Origin: Macrostomum hystrix
Lineage: Eukaryota > Animalia > Platyhelminthes
DNA: 64,000 nucleotides
Direction: 5' to 3'
Assembly: GCA_950097015.1 (NCBI GenBank)
Contig: CATNEN010000038.1
Coordinates: 16,306,001-16,370,000 of the forward strand
In this document: one piece after another, positions 36,601 through 51,600 of the stretch
Position numbering within the stretch: the first letter of the stretch is position 1
Layout: every line of letters starts with the position of its first letter
The notes under the pieces: model-generated
Seen by the model: only the letters and a program-made list of their open reading frames with translations
Database searches by the model: none
Told to the model about the DNA's origin: nothing
Position numbers and translations under genes: made by a program

Positions 36601-39600
36601 AGATTTAGGAATGATATATAAAAGTTTCATGGAGCTGTGGGCGATGAGGCGATAAGACTCCTGGGCACACACTTACACAGGTGTTACATCTGCCCCCCCA
36701 CTTTCTCATTGTTATGATGTGTACAGTCTTACTGTGCCTTGATTGTTAGAACTGGTGGACTGATTAGCATTCGTTTTTAAGTTGAATGGTTAATTAATTA
36801 AAATAATTAACTACACCTGCCCCGACTGGGCAAGACAGCTGAAGGCTGCGTACGGCTGTTCAGTCCATGGACTGGGGGGACGCCACACTACCCTCAAACA
36901 CCCCAGATCAGGCTAGCACCAATTTAACTGTTGCGTTGAACTGAAGCAATGCAGAGTAAAGTGCCTTGCTAAATGATACAAATTGTTCCAGTGGAGTCAG
37001 AAATCGAACCCCTGACCTTCAAGTCGTAAGTCTGACGCTCTAACCACAAGGCTACAACCTCCTAACCGGAACCTAAGTTTTATGAATGCTTCTTAGGTAA
37101 CTAAGAAATATTTTCTGGTACTGAAACAATACTAATTATTTTAAAATACTAAATTCTAAGTTGTTGCCCCTTGGTTACAGTCAAATCTTAATCGAGAGGT
37201 CGGGAGTTCGAATCTCATGTCGTGGAAAAATGGTGTCGTGTAGCTTTAGATCTTAGGCGTATTTCCTTCAAATTCGTGACCCTAAATTATCGCTATGCTT
37301 TTTCATCAAGAGGTCAAGAAGCCTCACATACCCTCTATTGATGCGTTTTTGGGTCACAAAAACTTGCACGTTGGTGTAGGTAGCCTTATTGTTTAATATC
37401 GCGTATATTTAGCAGCATAAACATAACATACTTTTCCTGCTTGTCACCTAGGCGCTCTTAATTAGCCCCTGACGCATGCTACTCCTATATTTACATTTCT
37501 CTGATGGCGTATTTTGCATTTGAAATTAGGGAGACTGACTGAGTCATCGCGTGACATTTTTACGAGCTAAAGAGTGTTAAAATCTATTAAGTTCTTCCTT
37601 GCTCGATTATCTACTTCTAGTAGCGTATAAGCGCGTCAATATTTATCCTTAAAAAATACCTGCTATTCTTTATCTGAAATATTTCTCGATTTTCAATGTA
37701 ATCATAACAGTCGAATATTTAACAGTCGAGTAGCTAATTTCTTGTCTTCGATAGTGACAGTCGAGTCTTGATTCGCTAATTTCTTATTATCGATAGTGAC
37801 GGTCGACTATTGAGTTGCCGTTATCTAGTTATCGATAGTGACAGTCGACTATTGAGTTGCCGTTATCTATAATAGTTATCGATAGTGACAGTCGACTATT
37901 GAGTTGCCGTTATCTAGTTATCGATAGTGACAGTCGACTATTGAGTCGCCGTTATCTAGTTATCGATAGTGACAGTCGACTATTGAGTCGCCGTTATCTA
38001 GTTATCGATAGTGACATTCGACTATTGAGTTGCCGTTATCTAGTTATCGATAGTGACAGTCGACTATTGAGTCGCCGTTATCTAGTTATCGATAGTGACA
38101 TTCGACTATTGAGTTGCCGTTATCTAGTTATCGATAGTGACAGTCGACTATTGAGTTGCCGTTATCTAGTTATCGATAGTGACAGTCGAATATTGAGTTG
38201 CCGTTATCTAGTTATCGATAGTGACATTCGACTATTGAGTTGCCGTTATCTAGTTATCGATAGTGACATTCGACTATTGAGTCGCCGTTATCTAGTTATC
38301 GATAGTGACAGTCGAATATTGAGTTGCCGTTATCTAGTTATCGATAGTGACAGTCGACTATTGAGTTGCCGTTATCTAGTTATCGATAGTGACATTCGAC
38401 TATTGAGTTGCCGTTATCTAGTTATCGATAGTGACAGTCGACTATTGAGTTGCCGTTATCTAGTTATCGATAGTGACAGTCGACTATTGAGTTGCCGTTA
38501 TCTAGTTATCGATAGTGACAGTCGACTATTGAGTTGCCGTTATCTAGTTATCGATAGTGACAGTCGACTATTGAGTTGCCGTTATCTAGTTATCGATAGT
38601 GACAGTCGACTATTGAGTCGCCGTTATCTAGTTATCGATAGTGACAGTCGACTATTGAGTCGCCGTTATCTAGTTATCGATAGTGACAGTCGACTATTGA
38701 GTCGCCGTTATCTAGTTATCGATAGTGACAGTCGACTATTGAGTCGCCGTTATCTAGTTATCGATAGTGACAGTCGAATATTGAGTTGCCGTTATCTAGT
38801 TATCGATAGTGACAGTCAACTATTGAGTCGCCGTTATCTAGTTATCGATAGTGACAGTCGAATATTGAGTCGCCGTTATCTAGTTATCGATAGTGACAGT
38901 CGACTATTGAGTCGCCGTTATCTAGTTATCGATAGTGACAGTCGACTATTGAGTCGCCGTTATCTAGTTATCGATAGTGACAGTCGAATATTGAGTTGCC
39001 GTTATCTAGTTATCGATAGTGACAGTCGACTATTGAGTCGCCGTTATCTAGTTATCGATAGTGACAGTCGACTATTGAGTCGCCGTTATCTAGTTATCGA
39101 TAGTGACAGTCGAATATTGAGTTGCCGTTATCTAGTTATCGATAGTGACAGTCGACTATTGAGTCGCCGTTATCTAGTTATCGATAGTGACAGTCGACTA
39201 TTGAGTTGCCGTTATCTAGTTATCGATAATTACTGGTAAAATCAATGAATTCATGGGTCCGCAAATTGGCCGTAACATTGAGCCTACCGGATTATTTCAG
39301 TCTTGTCAATTCTGAACTTACGAAAGACTCAAAGCAATTTGAAATAAAGAAAGGGATATCCGCTTACTAGGAAAAATATTACAAGTATCTATTTTAGGTC
39401 AGACAGTGTGACTTCAATGAATGAAATTCAGAAGCAATCTCAGTAGGTTCTCGAATTTCGATTGCTAAGCATAAAAATATAGTTTGGCATTGTTATTTAG
39501 ATAGATTTTAGACACGCTCGAAGACCTTTGGAACGTCAGTCCCTCCTGAAAACCTGTTCGATTAAATTTCTGTCCTCATTTTCGGCGCTGGCCACTTCTG

Positions 39601-42600
39601 AAATTCTATCACAAAAACTGTTCCGTTAACAAAAGAGGTCTAGGAGGATGGGGTGGGGTGGATGGCTACTCTGAGGCCTTTAAAAGAAAATAAGTAATTC
39701 CAACATTTTTATTTTTAGGCAGTTTTCTCTTGCGCTGTTGCTGTTGCAGCTTTTGAAAAGATTTGTTTTTTTAAAAAAGCTTTGACTATTGCCATCAAAT
39801 GGATTGCTGCTCAAATTTTCTTCCGAGACTGCGAAAGTGAGCTTCAAGTGTTCCATCTGATTTATACTATTAGAAATAATATATTTCTACTGTTAATTGT
39901 GTCAGAAGAGGTCGAGAAATAGAAACTCAGCCCATTGAAAAAACCCCGTTCGTGTCCTTGAGAAATTCCACATTTCGACGGGAAGGTCGTGTGTTCGATT
40001 CCTGGCTCCACACAAACAATTTGTGCCATTTGGCAAGTTACTAAACTCTGCACTGTTTCAGTTCACACAGCTGTTAAATGGGCATCAGCTGGGGTAATTA
40101 AAGGTGGGTGTGGCGTCCCACCTAGTCCATGGACTGAACAGCCGTACGCAGACTTCAGATGCGCCGTGCAATAGCCGCGGCTGTGCTGTCGGCTGCATAT
40201 CTGCAACCCAATTGGTGTAAGAGGGAGTAATCAATTCATTGTTTGGTTCAACCAGCTATCGTCCCTATCCCCAGTCCATGGGCTGAGCAGATTTTTTCAC
40301 TGATTATTGATCGACTGAACATATTCGATCTACATAACATTTAGATTGTACTATTTTGTTAAATAAATGAATTCAGCTTGGTGAAAATAATCCACTGGAA
40401 TTCTGGCCTCCCAGTCCACTTTGTTTTATCTGCATAGTTTCACGAATTCAATTTCACCAAGCTGAACAGCGCGCTGTATCCGCATCATGGTCATCTTAAG
40501 ATCTTTGTGGACCCCATGTGCCTTGAAATCAGATATAATTTAGAAGATTTGTTCCTGTGGACTTTTCCATATTTTATTCTTCAAGCTTTGCACAAGTGTA
40601 GCTTTCTTAAAAATATAGGCATTTTTAATCCACGAGTACTTCACTTGGCCAGTGAGAAAATTATATTACTTTATCGAAATCCTACATTACCGAAATCATG
40701 CATTACCGAAATCCTAGATTACCGAAATCCTACATTACCGAAGTCATACTTTACCAAAATCCAACATTACCAAAATCCTACATTACCGAAGTCATACTTT
40801 ACCGAAATCCTACATTACCGAAGTCATACTTTACCGAAATCCTACATTACCGAAATCATACTTTACCGAAAACCTACATTACTGAAATCCTACATTACCG
40901 AAATAATACTTTACCGAAATCATACTTTACCGAAATCCTACATTACTGAAATCATGCATTACCGAAATCTTACATTACTGAAATCTTCCTTTACCGAAAT
41001 CATACATTACCGAAATCCTACATTACCGAAATCCTATATTACCGAAATCATACATAACCGAAATCCTACATTACCGAAATCCTATATTACCGAAATAATA
41101 CTTTACCGAAATCATACATTACCAAAATCATACATTACCGGAGTCATACTTTACCGAAATCATACATTACCGAAATCCTAAATTACTGAAATCATACTTT
41201 ACCGAAATCCTACATTACTGTAATCCTACTTTACTGAAATCATACTTTACTAACATCCTACATTACCCAAGTTATACTTTACCGAAATCATACATTACGG
41301 AAATCGCATTTACCAAAACTCTAGTGTACTCAAATACCCGTTTTTTGAAATCCCATGCAGATTGGCGAAAAGCCAGGTCACCGAAATCTCAATTTACGTA
41401 AATCCCAATTATCTGAAATCTTATTTCTACGAAACACTAATTCGATGACATCCCAATTTCCTGAAATCTCTAATTCGTGTAAGTCTAGTCCCAACTGATC
41501 GAAGTGACCTAATTTTAATTTTGAAAACGAATTTGCTCTGAACATCCTGACCTGACCTTCTCTATATTACTATAGAGAACCGTTCATACTTGTTATACAT
41601 TATAAATGTAATGTTGATAAGTACGATTATCAGGCGTTCATCGGAACATATGGCTCTCGTTAACGTTCAGTTGGCCCCGATAAATAAAGTTTGTTTGGTG
41701 GAGAATTCGCATTAAGTTCAGTAAGAGTATATTATCCCTTCGCTGTTAGCATTTCTTCCTAACTATAGTTGATTGATGGCTCAGGATAGCAAATTCATCA
41801 ATTTTAACTGTTCGTGTTTATAAACGCTTATTGATATGGCGCGCATGATTGTTCTGGTAGAATGAGAGGGAAAATCGTTATAGATTATTATAATATTCTT
41901 ATTATTCGACTGACAAGTAGCCAACCAACAGAGACCCGAGGCCCAAAAAAATTTGGGTGCCGAGAAAGTTATAAAGCGGTAGACGCGAAAAATGGGTTTG
42001 GCCTTACCAATGAAAACACTGCGAATTGCACGTACATACATAATTGCATCGCTTCTGCTGCTGCTGCTGCTGCTGTTACTGTGGCCCGTTTAAAATAAAA
42101 TCTACCCACAGATTTGGCCACACTAGCTAGAAATCAAATTTGGTCAGTTTGGCAAATTGAACAATTTTTAAGAGCGTATTATGCTGCAACTGTTCGATTA
42201 AAAGCAAAGACTCTAAGCAAAAGCTAAAAAACAATGATCTACCTTAAGAAGCGTCTTGGTGTTAAAGACAGACGCGATTTTGCACCAACAGCCAGGCCAG
42301 ATGTTCAACTGCATGTGTTTAGCGATCGATTTCGTTCGGAAACTGAACCAATCAATCTAGCTAATTTAGCTAATAGCAGCAGAACCGCTAAGAGACCAGT
42401 TAGCGTCTATTGTTCGGCTAGTTGCGGTGACAAAAACATTGAGCAGCCTAGACCCGTCAGGCCAGTTTCTTGTATCCTACTGCCGTCTCCAACGCTGTCT
42501 CATTATGATAACGTGAACATTGCTGCCGCTGCCGCTGCCGCTTCTGCTATTTACGATAATCCGTCAGCGATTGGACAGGCAACAAACAAGTGGTGAGCTC

Positions 42601-45600
42601 ACATTAACTAAATAAGCAATTATTGGTCAACTCCTAATGTGGAAGAAGCATGACCATAGACTATTCCTTGGCTAAATCATAAAACCATTGCACTCATATT
42701 ATGACACTAGCTATGGTCAGTTGTAAGTGCTAACTGGTGTTAATAAGCCTATTGTGAACTTGTAAGCACTTTGTTTAAAGCTTTGGACTTCTGACCGGGG
42801 GTTCGTGAGTTCAAATCTCACCACGAGAGAAACAATTTATGTGCTTCAGCAAGACACTTAATTCTTCATTGCTTCAGTTAAGCCAGCTGTAACGTGATTA
42901 CGAGCGTCACCTTTACAAAGCCTCTTTCTCCTCTGGATGTACTTCTGACCGGAAGGTAGTGAGTTCGAATCTCACCACAATGAGAAACAATTTGTCCTTG
43001 AACAAGACACTTGATGTTTCATTGCTTCAGCTAATCCAGCTGTAACATCACCTGCACACAGCCTATGTGGCACAGACTTTTAATCCAAAATACTGGAGAA
43101 ATTTCTAGATCTCCAATCAACGCATTGACAGAAGTGAGAAGCAGCACCTTTCTGGGGACTTTGTCAATGTTCAATAGTTTTCACCTGACCTGATAAAAAA
43201 CTGATGTACAGTTCCATTAAAAAATTGTTTAAGTAGAGACTGCACATTTTAAACTATTAAAACTAGAAAACTGTCAAATGTCTGACAGTGCGATGAAGCA
43301 TGGCTCTTTGTGATGAAATGTCCAAATCTGGTATTTGCACCCACTCTGTCGTTAATGGCATGACAGGTTACAATTCTGGAATTGTTCAGCATAGGTATAT
43401 AGAATGCAACTAGATGTGAAGTTAGCTTTTCGTAAATTGCGCATTGTTCGTTGTCAAGCTTAAGCAGCAATCTACAAATTGGGCGCTGGTGTATCAGATA
43501 CTTTTTCTCGGCTGGTTGTGTTTGTAGTATTTGCACACTATTTTCGCTCGAGCTACTAATATTGACCAGAGGTATTACTACTTCTATAAATCTAGATAAG
43601 ACTCAATAAATTCCTGCTTTATATGATTTATTATCTATTTTACACAGTCGCTGTACACACACTAAGAGTGTATGGGCCTAATATCTTGCAGCACTGTACC
43701 ATGCACATGAAATCTTTAGATAAATCGTTTACTTATTTTGTTATTTTTATGTAGCACTGACGGCCGTGTACACTTGTTTTTAACTCTTACCAAGCAAAGC
43801 CAATAGTATTTAGACAGCAGAAGTTTCTAGTGTATGAAAACGATCTAGCTTTGTCGTGAAATATTTTGCATGAATTCCTGTTTTCTGCTGGCATCACACA
43901 AACTAATACACGATATTTTACACCAATTGGCGTGATTCTGTTTAATGCGGACAGGAAAACACCCGACAGACCAAATCAAGAAAGCTGTTTTAGTTATACA
44001 GCATAGTAAAATAGTTGAATAGAAATGGCTTGATTTCTAATTGCTAGGTCTTGCCGCATGAGTGTACCTACAGTGAGTCACCGACCTTCTAGCTACGCCC
44101 GTCTCCATTAAATCTCTCACCAAGGTGCGGCCTCTTTTTGGCAATCTGGAGGTAAATTAAAAACAGTTACAGAAGAAAAATACTTTAACTCAACCGCCAA
44201 CCAAAATTCGAGGACGTTTAATTTGTATTGTCGGCTCTAACGATTAGAGCATATAGTCGGCAACTTGCAGTTTGTTGTCTAAAGGAAATAGTTACTTATC
44301 TTCTAGAAGCGGAAGCATATATAAATACTACACTGCAGTACAGTCTTTGCCAATGAACGATCTACTATCAATGCTGGCCAAGTTTGGCCGACTAGCTGAA
44401 GAAAATCGTCAGCGCAAGTGTCAATCTCAGTCTGTATTCTATTTCTCCGTTGTGTAAGTAGCATCTTCTAATAAGCCTACTAGTGTATAGAGATTGAGAT
44501 GAAAGCGAAAACCAACATTAAATTAGTTGTACGACGCGTTTCGCACTCCTAGGTGCATCTTCAGGTTTATTTTTTTTTAAACGAAATGAAACAGGTTTTG
44601 CGAATAAATATGTGTAATTGGTTGACAAGAAAAGTAGAAAAATTATTAAACAAATCGATAGTGCGAAGCTTAATAAAGACGTTACTGTGAAACTTTCTCA
44701 TTGACGCAATCGACTAGTTAAAGTTCAATTTCCTCATTTTCTTAGGTTAATTAGAAAGTGCCTTTAGGAAATAATCGACTGAATCTCCTTACTTCTTGCC
44801 CAGTTGAAAAAAAGATTGTCTAAATTTTCACCCCTCATTAGTGAAGAAATCTGTTTGATGATCTTCCACATATCCGGATTTTCATACCTATCTGATATTT
44901 CCTGTTCGATCATATTTATATTTTCAATTGGAGCTTTAATATCCGGGTCCGACTTGAAAAATGAAAGATTTAGTATATATGTGAATGTAGATTTTCAACT
45001 ATATGCTGTCTGTCTCATCGATTCTAGGGGCAACAGTCTGCGCTCGGCATTGTCCCACGAATCTCTTTTGTTGATGGCATCGTCAGCGACTGGAGGTAGC
45101 TCAGCGGCACCGTTGCAAATGAATCCGGGCACCGAGGTGCGGCCCGTGCACCAGTCGCTGATGCCCGGCTTGCCGGCAGCCTCGGCCGCCTTCGCATTGA
45201 CGCCAGCCGATCGATCCGGAGTGAATCGATGCTTTGCCGCGCAGTCTGCTGACGAGGCTAGGAAATGGCAGTACGGGTGAGTCGGCTAGATGCGGCTGCT
45301 GTTGATGTTGGGCCATCACGGGTTTGGCATGTCGGGTGTGCAACAGGTAAGCAGGTAGGGCAACTGGTATGGCATGTACGAGCTAGCTTAAGAGGTAAGG
45401 CTGGTAGGTAGGGGAGGCTAATAGGTTAGTTAGCAGGTGAGGCTGGTAGGTTAACCGGTAAGGCTGGTAGGTTAACCGGTAAAGCTGGGAGGTTTACTGG
45501 TAAGGCTGGTAGGTTAACCGGTAAGGCTGTTAGGTTTACTGGTAAAGCTGGTAGGCTTACTGGTAAAGCTGGTAGGCTTACTGGTAAAGCTGGTAGGCTT

Positions 45601-48600
45601 ACTGGTAAAGCTGGTAAGTTAACCGGTAAGGCTAGTAGGTTAACAGGTAAGGCTGGTAGGTTTACTGGTGAGGCTAGTTGGTTAGCAGGTGAGGATGGTA
45701 GGTTAACCGGTAAGGCTGGTAGGTTAACCGGTAAAGCTGGTAGGCTTACTGGTAAAGCTGGTAGGCTTACTGGTAAAGCTGGTAAGTTAACCGGTAAGGC
45801 TGGTAGGTTAACAGGTAAGGCTGTTAGGTTAACTTGTGAGGCTAGTTGGTTAGCAGGTGAGGCTGGTAGGTTAACCGGTATGGCTGGGAGGTTTACTGGT
45901 AAAGCTGGTAGGCTTACTGGTAAGGCTGGTAGGTTAACCGGTAAGGCTGGTATAGGTTAACCGGTAAAGCTGGTAGGCTTACTGGTAAAGCTGGTAGGCT
46001 TACTGGTAAAGCTGGTAATTTAACCGGTAAGGCTGGTAGGTTAACAGGTAAGGCTGTTAGGTTAACTGGTGAGGCTAGTTGGTTAGCAGGTGAGGCTGGT
46101 AGGTTAACCGGTAAGGCTGGTAGGTTAACCGGTAAGGCTGGGAGGTTTACTGGTAAGGCTGGTAGGTTAACCGGTAAGGCTGGTAGGTTAACCGGTAAGG
46201 CTGGGAGGTTTACTGGTAAGGCTGGTAGGTTAACCGGTATGGCTGGGAGGTTTACTGGTAAAGCTGGTAGGCTTACTGGTAAAGCTGGTAAGTTAACAGG
46301 TAAGGCTGGTAGGTTAACTGGTGAGGCTAGTTGGTTAGCAGGTGAGGCTAGTAGGTTAATAGGTGAGGCTAGTAGGTTAACAGGTGAGGCTAGTAGGTTA
46401 ACTGGTCAGGCTGTTAGGTTACCCGTTAAGACCGTAGTCGGCATCTCTAAGCTAAGCAATTTTTAATTTAATTATTGTTAACAATAGCATAGTTATTCTA
46501 GACATTTCTCTCAATACCCTTTAGCAGTTTATAGTTAGTACTTCCTAGTTCTTAGTTCTTAGTTCTTAGTCGCTGCTACGACTCTTGAAATGCTATTCGC
46601 ATATTTAATAAGTGGGCCTGTGTTTTTCCATTTTGTTTTTCGTGTTTCCTTCTTCTTCTAGTTCGCACTTCTGTCGTTCTGTAGCGGAATTTTCTTAAAT
46701 TCTCTTTGGGCGTATGTCTCCAAGGGAGAAAAACGGAAAGCAGAACTGTCTCTCTTTTTTAGATCTCTGTGTGCGTTAGTGTCAGTTTACTGTTGTTTTT
46801 TAAGACTTTTCGACTGCCTTAACTGTTTTTTTAACATTTCTATAGCAACTTTAACGCATGTGAACAGCAAAGTTTTAAGAAACATACTGCCAGCATTTTT
46901 ACGGAAGTTAATTGTGTTTGAACTAATAAGTAAATGAAGGCGGAAATTTACTGAAAAGTTTCCGAAAATTCTGTCAAAAAGGTAACAAATCATTACTTGA
47001 GATAAACTCGGCAATGAAAATAGACGAAATGAGATTAGATTGATAAACTGCAAGGAGAGAGATTAGACGGGATGAGATTAGATGGATAAACTGCAAGGAA
47101 AGAGAATAGACGGGATGAGATTAGATTGATAAACTGTGAGGAGAGAGAATAGACGGGATGAGATTAGATTGATAAACTGTGAGGAGAGAGAATAGATATG
47201 ATGAGATTAGATAGATAAACTGTGAGGAAAGAGAATAGATGGGATGAGATTAGATTGATAAACTGTGAGGAGAGAGAATAGACGGGATGAGATTAGATTG
47301 ATAAACTGTGAGGAGAGAGAATAGACGGGATGAGATTAGATTGATAAACTGTGAGGAGAGAGAATAGATATGATGAGATTAGATAGATAAACTGTGAGGA
47401 AAGAGAATAGATGGGATGAGATTAGATTGATAAACTGTGAGAAGAGAGAATAGACACGATGAGATTAGATTGATAAACAGTTTGTGAAGAGAGATGTGAG
47501 ACAAAAATATGAATTTCAATCCCTAGATTTCAATTTCAATCCCTAGATTTCAATTTCAATCAATAGGTATAAAGTTACCCCCAGCTGTCTCTCTCAGTCG
47601 TATAAATAGACTTTCCAAACACCGGAAATTATTTCGGTGTAGCAGTATCGCCCAATATGCGACATAGCTACTCATTAGTAGTATGTAAGATTTTTTTAGT
47701 TAGGCATGATTATTTTCCCCATGACGTCATCATTACGTCCTTAGCCTGTACTCAACTTCTCCCCTTATTCTCCCCTCTCTCCCCTTCTCTCTGATCTGTA
47801 CTTCTCACCTCAATTTCCCCTTCTCTCTGATCTGTACTTCTCACCTCAATCTCCCCTTCTCTCTGCTCTGTACTTCTCACCTCAATCTCCCCTTCTCTCT
47901 GCTCTGTACTTCTCACCTCAATCTCCCCTTCTCTCTGCTCTGTACTTCTCACCTCATATCCCCCGTTATCTCTGATCTGTACTTCTCACCTCATATCTCC
48001 CCTTCTCTCTGCTCTGTACTTCTCACCTCATATCCCCCGATATCTCTGATCTGTACTTCTCACCTCATATCTCCCGTTATCTCTGATCTGTACTTCTCAC
48101 CGCATCCCTCTGATCTGTTCTTTGAATCTTTCCATTTTTTCTTGGGCAGTTTTTTTTAGTATTTTCTTGTTTTTTTGATACGGGATCTCTACATAAGTTT
48201 TTCTAGCTTTCGCCTCTCTTCCCGTCTCTGCTTTCCTGTTTTTTGTTGTCACCGTGTCTGTCTTTCTCACCCGATCGGCTTACATAATATATCCTGCTAT
48301 TACTTGAATTTGGCAGAAATTGCGTGTGACAGCAGCAGCAGCAGCATAGTCTAGAGTGAAGCTTCTTTAGGATCTGCATTTTTTTCCTCGAACAATTTTT
48401 TCGGTCACAGAATGACTAGCTACCTACCCAGTGACTGGAAGACTGTAGGGCCCAGCCATGGTTTAAAGCCTTGCTAATTAGATTTATTTAGCTATCGCGC
48501 AGGGAACTGTAGGACGTGGCTATTGACTAAGAACCGGCCGGGGTCGCTTCCTATGTGTTTTTGTACCCCTAAATTTCTCTCTCTTTCTCTCTCTTTCTCT

Positions 48601-51600
48601 CTCTTTCTCTCTCGCCCCTATTGACTCTATAATCCTTATTACCTTTGTGCGCCCTAATCCCTTTCGAATAATAATGACTTTCAATTTCTTAAATGTTATC
48701 TTGCAGAAACTTTCAGAAGATTTCGTAAACTTCAAAACTATATTAATTTGTGTTTTTTTATTTAAATCCTAGAAAAGAGTTTTAAGAGTACGGATACAGA
48801 AAATTTTCTGCTAGATTATTTATCTATTAAAATAGTAGACAGGTAGACTAGTCTAGGTAGGCATTTAATAGTCTGGTAGATTGACCGCAGTCTTACAGTC
48901 TTACAGTCTTACAGGGTAGTAATTTCTCTGAAAATATTCTGACCAATCTCTGTGGCAGCTGTTTCTGTATTTCAGGTAGTTTCTAATTTGATTTGGAGTT
49001 CGAGAGATTGCATCCTCCCAGACAGTTTATTTATCTTAGCTAGGCACCTGTTGGGGCTTAGCTATTAGTAATACACACACACACACTTATGACTACGAAT
49101 ATACAGATGGTTGGCTCATGGCAAATACGAAAATAGTCTGCCCTGGCCTGGTACGCTGACCAAAAACAGATATGGACGGCCCCTGGTCACCTAGTTTTAC
49201 TCGCTGGTGTTTCGGCTTATCTAGATTATTGACCTTGGATATTAGTATATGCAGCTGCTGCATTGGCCTGTCGCATGCAGTAGAAAACAAATTGCAAAGG
49301 TTTTTTTGCCTGATAATATTGTCTCTCTTGAAGTTATGATCAAGTTCAATCATCGAGTTAGTCTATCTGCATTTAAATAGTTTTAATTTAAGTTAGAGTT
49401 TCAAGGAAATCTTCGTTTACTTTATATCTGTGCCGTTGAATCTAATAATTGACCGATATGTATTGAAATAGTTGTTAAAATTTCCAGGAGAATTTAGATT
49501 TCAAAACAAAAACAAACAGGATTAAAAACCTGAGTATTAAATATTTTGCCGATGTTTATAAATGGTTGTAATTTAGTTTCAAACTTTCAGGCAAACTTTT
49601 TCTACTTCATATCTAAAGTAACACGAAATTTATTAATTTGCCGATATGTATAGAAATATTTGTTTAAATTTCCTGTAAATTTCGGAATTTAGGTCAAACT
49701 GACTTAAGCTAAAAAAAATTTCCCGATGTGTTTAGAAATAGTTGTAATTAAATAAAAAACAACGAGGAAATAAGTATTTGGCTCTTTTGTATTAAACATG
49801 TCTAAAACACTGGATTTTATTTACCAGTCGATATGTATAGAAACTTATGTGATTGTGTAAATTAAATTTATTCGAAATGATAAATAATCTGTTTTAGGGA
49901 TGCCATCTAGAGCTGATGCTTGACTGGCGCCATTAGCAATAGATAGATAAAATGATAGAGGCCCTATTGACTTTACTGTACTGATCTTGTGGCTTCTTCG
50001 GTGGGCCATAGAGACAGCGCGGCTTCTCTCCCTCCGCCTTTCCCTCCCTATTCCCTGTGTTCAATTCCAAACAGAGCCGTACCAATAGTGCCAGTTCTTC
50101 CTACATTACACCCCAGCCCCAGAGATACAGATATATAGTCAGCCTGATTAGTGCGTACAATCTGACTGCTAGATATCTGTACCCTTATTCCCTTGGGATA
50201 TAATCCCATTCAGCGTTATCCCCCTGGCTACTATACTTTCTATACTCTCTCTAGAGAGAGAGCGCGCACTGCGGAAATCGAATTTCTATCGTCGGACTCA
50301 GCCTAAACTGATAGTTCTGTTGAGCGCTGTTTTTTGTTGTTATCTCAGCCTTCCATGCCATCTGAGCATACTAGTTAGCGAGACTGAGACTGAGCAGTCG
50401 GTTTTAAAAAGCACACGAAGCTTTATTTTTCTAATATGATTCCAATCTCAATCAGTTTTGTGTCTAGGGAATTGCTTAGCAGCATTTGGACTGGCCCGCT
50501 GATGTAAGAATTATATATATGCCTACTCATATTTTATTATTGTTTATAATCTCAAAACTTTAACAAATATTATTTTACTTTCTTCTTCTTTAACAGCTTG
50601 AAGAAGGTCAACAGGCCGGATTTGGAGAATGCCAGGCACAAAGAGAACTCACTGAAATTGTGGATCTTTGAGGCTAAACGACTGCCGTCAAAGAAGAGGT
50701 AAATCGATTGCTTAATAAGTTAAATGTACATGTCGCTTTTAAATTCAATCTTGGAAACAATTGCAGATATTTTTGCGAAATATGCCTCAATCATATTCTG
50801 TACGCGAGAACCACAAGCAAAGAGAAAACAAACGACTGCGACCCGTTCTGGGGCGAGCCCTTCGAATTCAGGTGTGTTAATATTGCTGCGCTAATCCTTA
50901 TTACACTTTGCTAATCCCAGTCTCTACTCTGCTAATCCCTGTCCATACTTTACTAATCCCAGTCTCTACTTTGCTAATCCCAGTCTCTACTCTGCTAGTC
51001 CTAGTCTCTACTTTGCTAATCCTAGTCTCTACTTTGCTAATCCTAGTCTCTACTTTGCTAATCCTAGTCTCTACTTTGCTAATCCCAGTCTCTACTTTGC
51101 TAATCCCAGTTTCTACTTTGCTAATCCCAGTCTCTACTTTACTAATCCCAGTCTTACTTTACTAATACTGATTCCTACTCTGCTAATCCCAATCTCTACT
51201 TTACTAATCCCAGTCTCTATTTTGCTAATCCCTGTCCATACTTTACTAATCCCAATATCTACTTTACTAATCCCAGTCTCTACTTTGCTAATCCCAATCT
51301 CTACTTTACTAATCCCAGTCTCTATTTTGCTAATCCCTGTCCATACTTTACTAATCCCAGTCTCTACTTTGCTAATCCCAGTCTCTACTTTGCTAATCCC
51401 AATCTCTATTTTGCTAATCCCAGTCTCTACTTTTTAGTCTCTACTTTATTCTACTTTATAATTGTTAAAAACGTAGTTCCCACGATCTTTGACGCGAATG
51501 TTTTTTGTAAGCAAACAATATTTTCTAGCTATTTTCTCATGCACTGTTTTGTTGTAACAAAAAACATTATCAGCCAACCGTGGCAATGCTCTTATGGTAA

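Noticed and set aside
37857-39239. 460-aa ORF (LVIDSDSRLLSCRY)n and similar repeat ORFs at 27742, 40507, 50908, 57795, 59247 and 60428-63676
   Set aside because: They are artefacts of tandem units lacking stops; no splice or start context.
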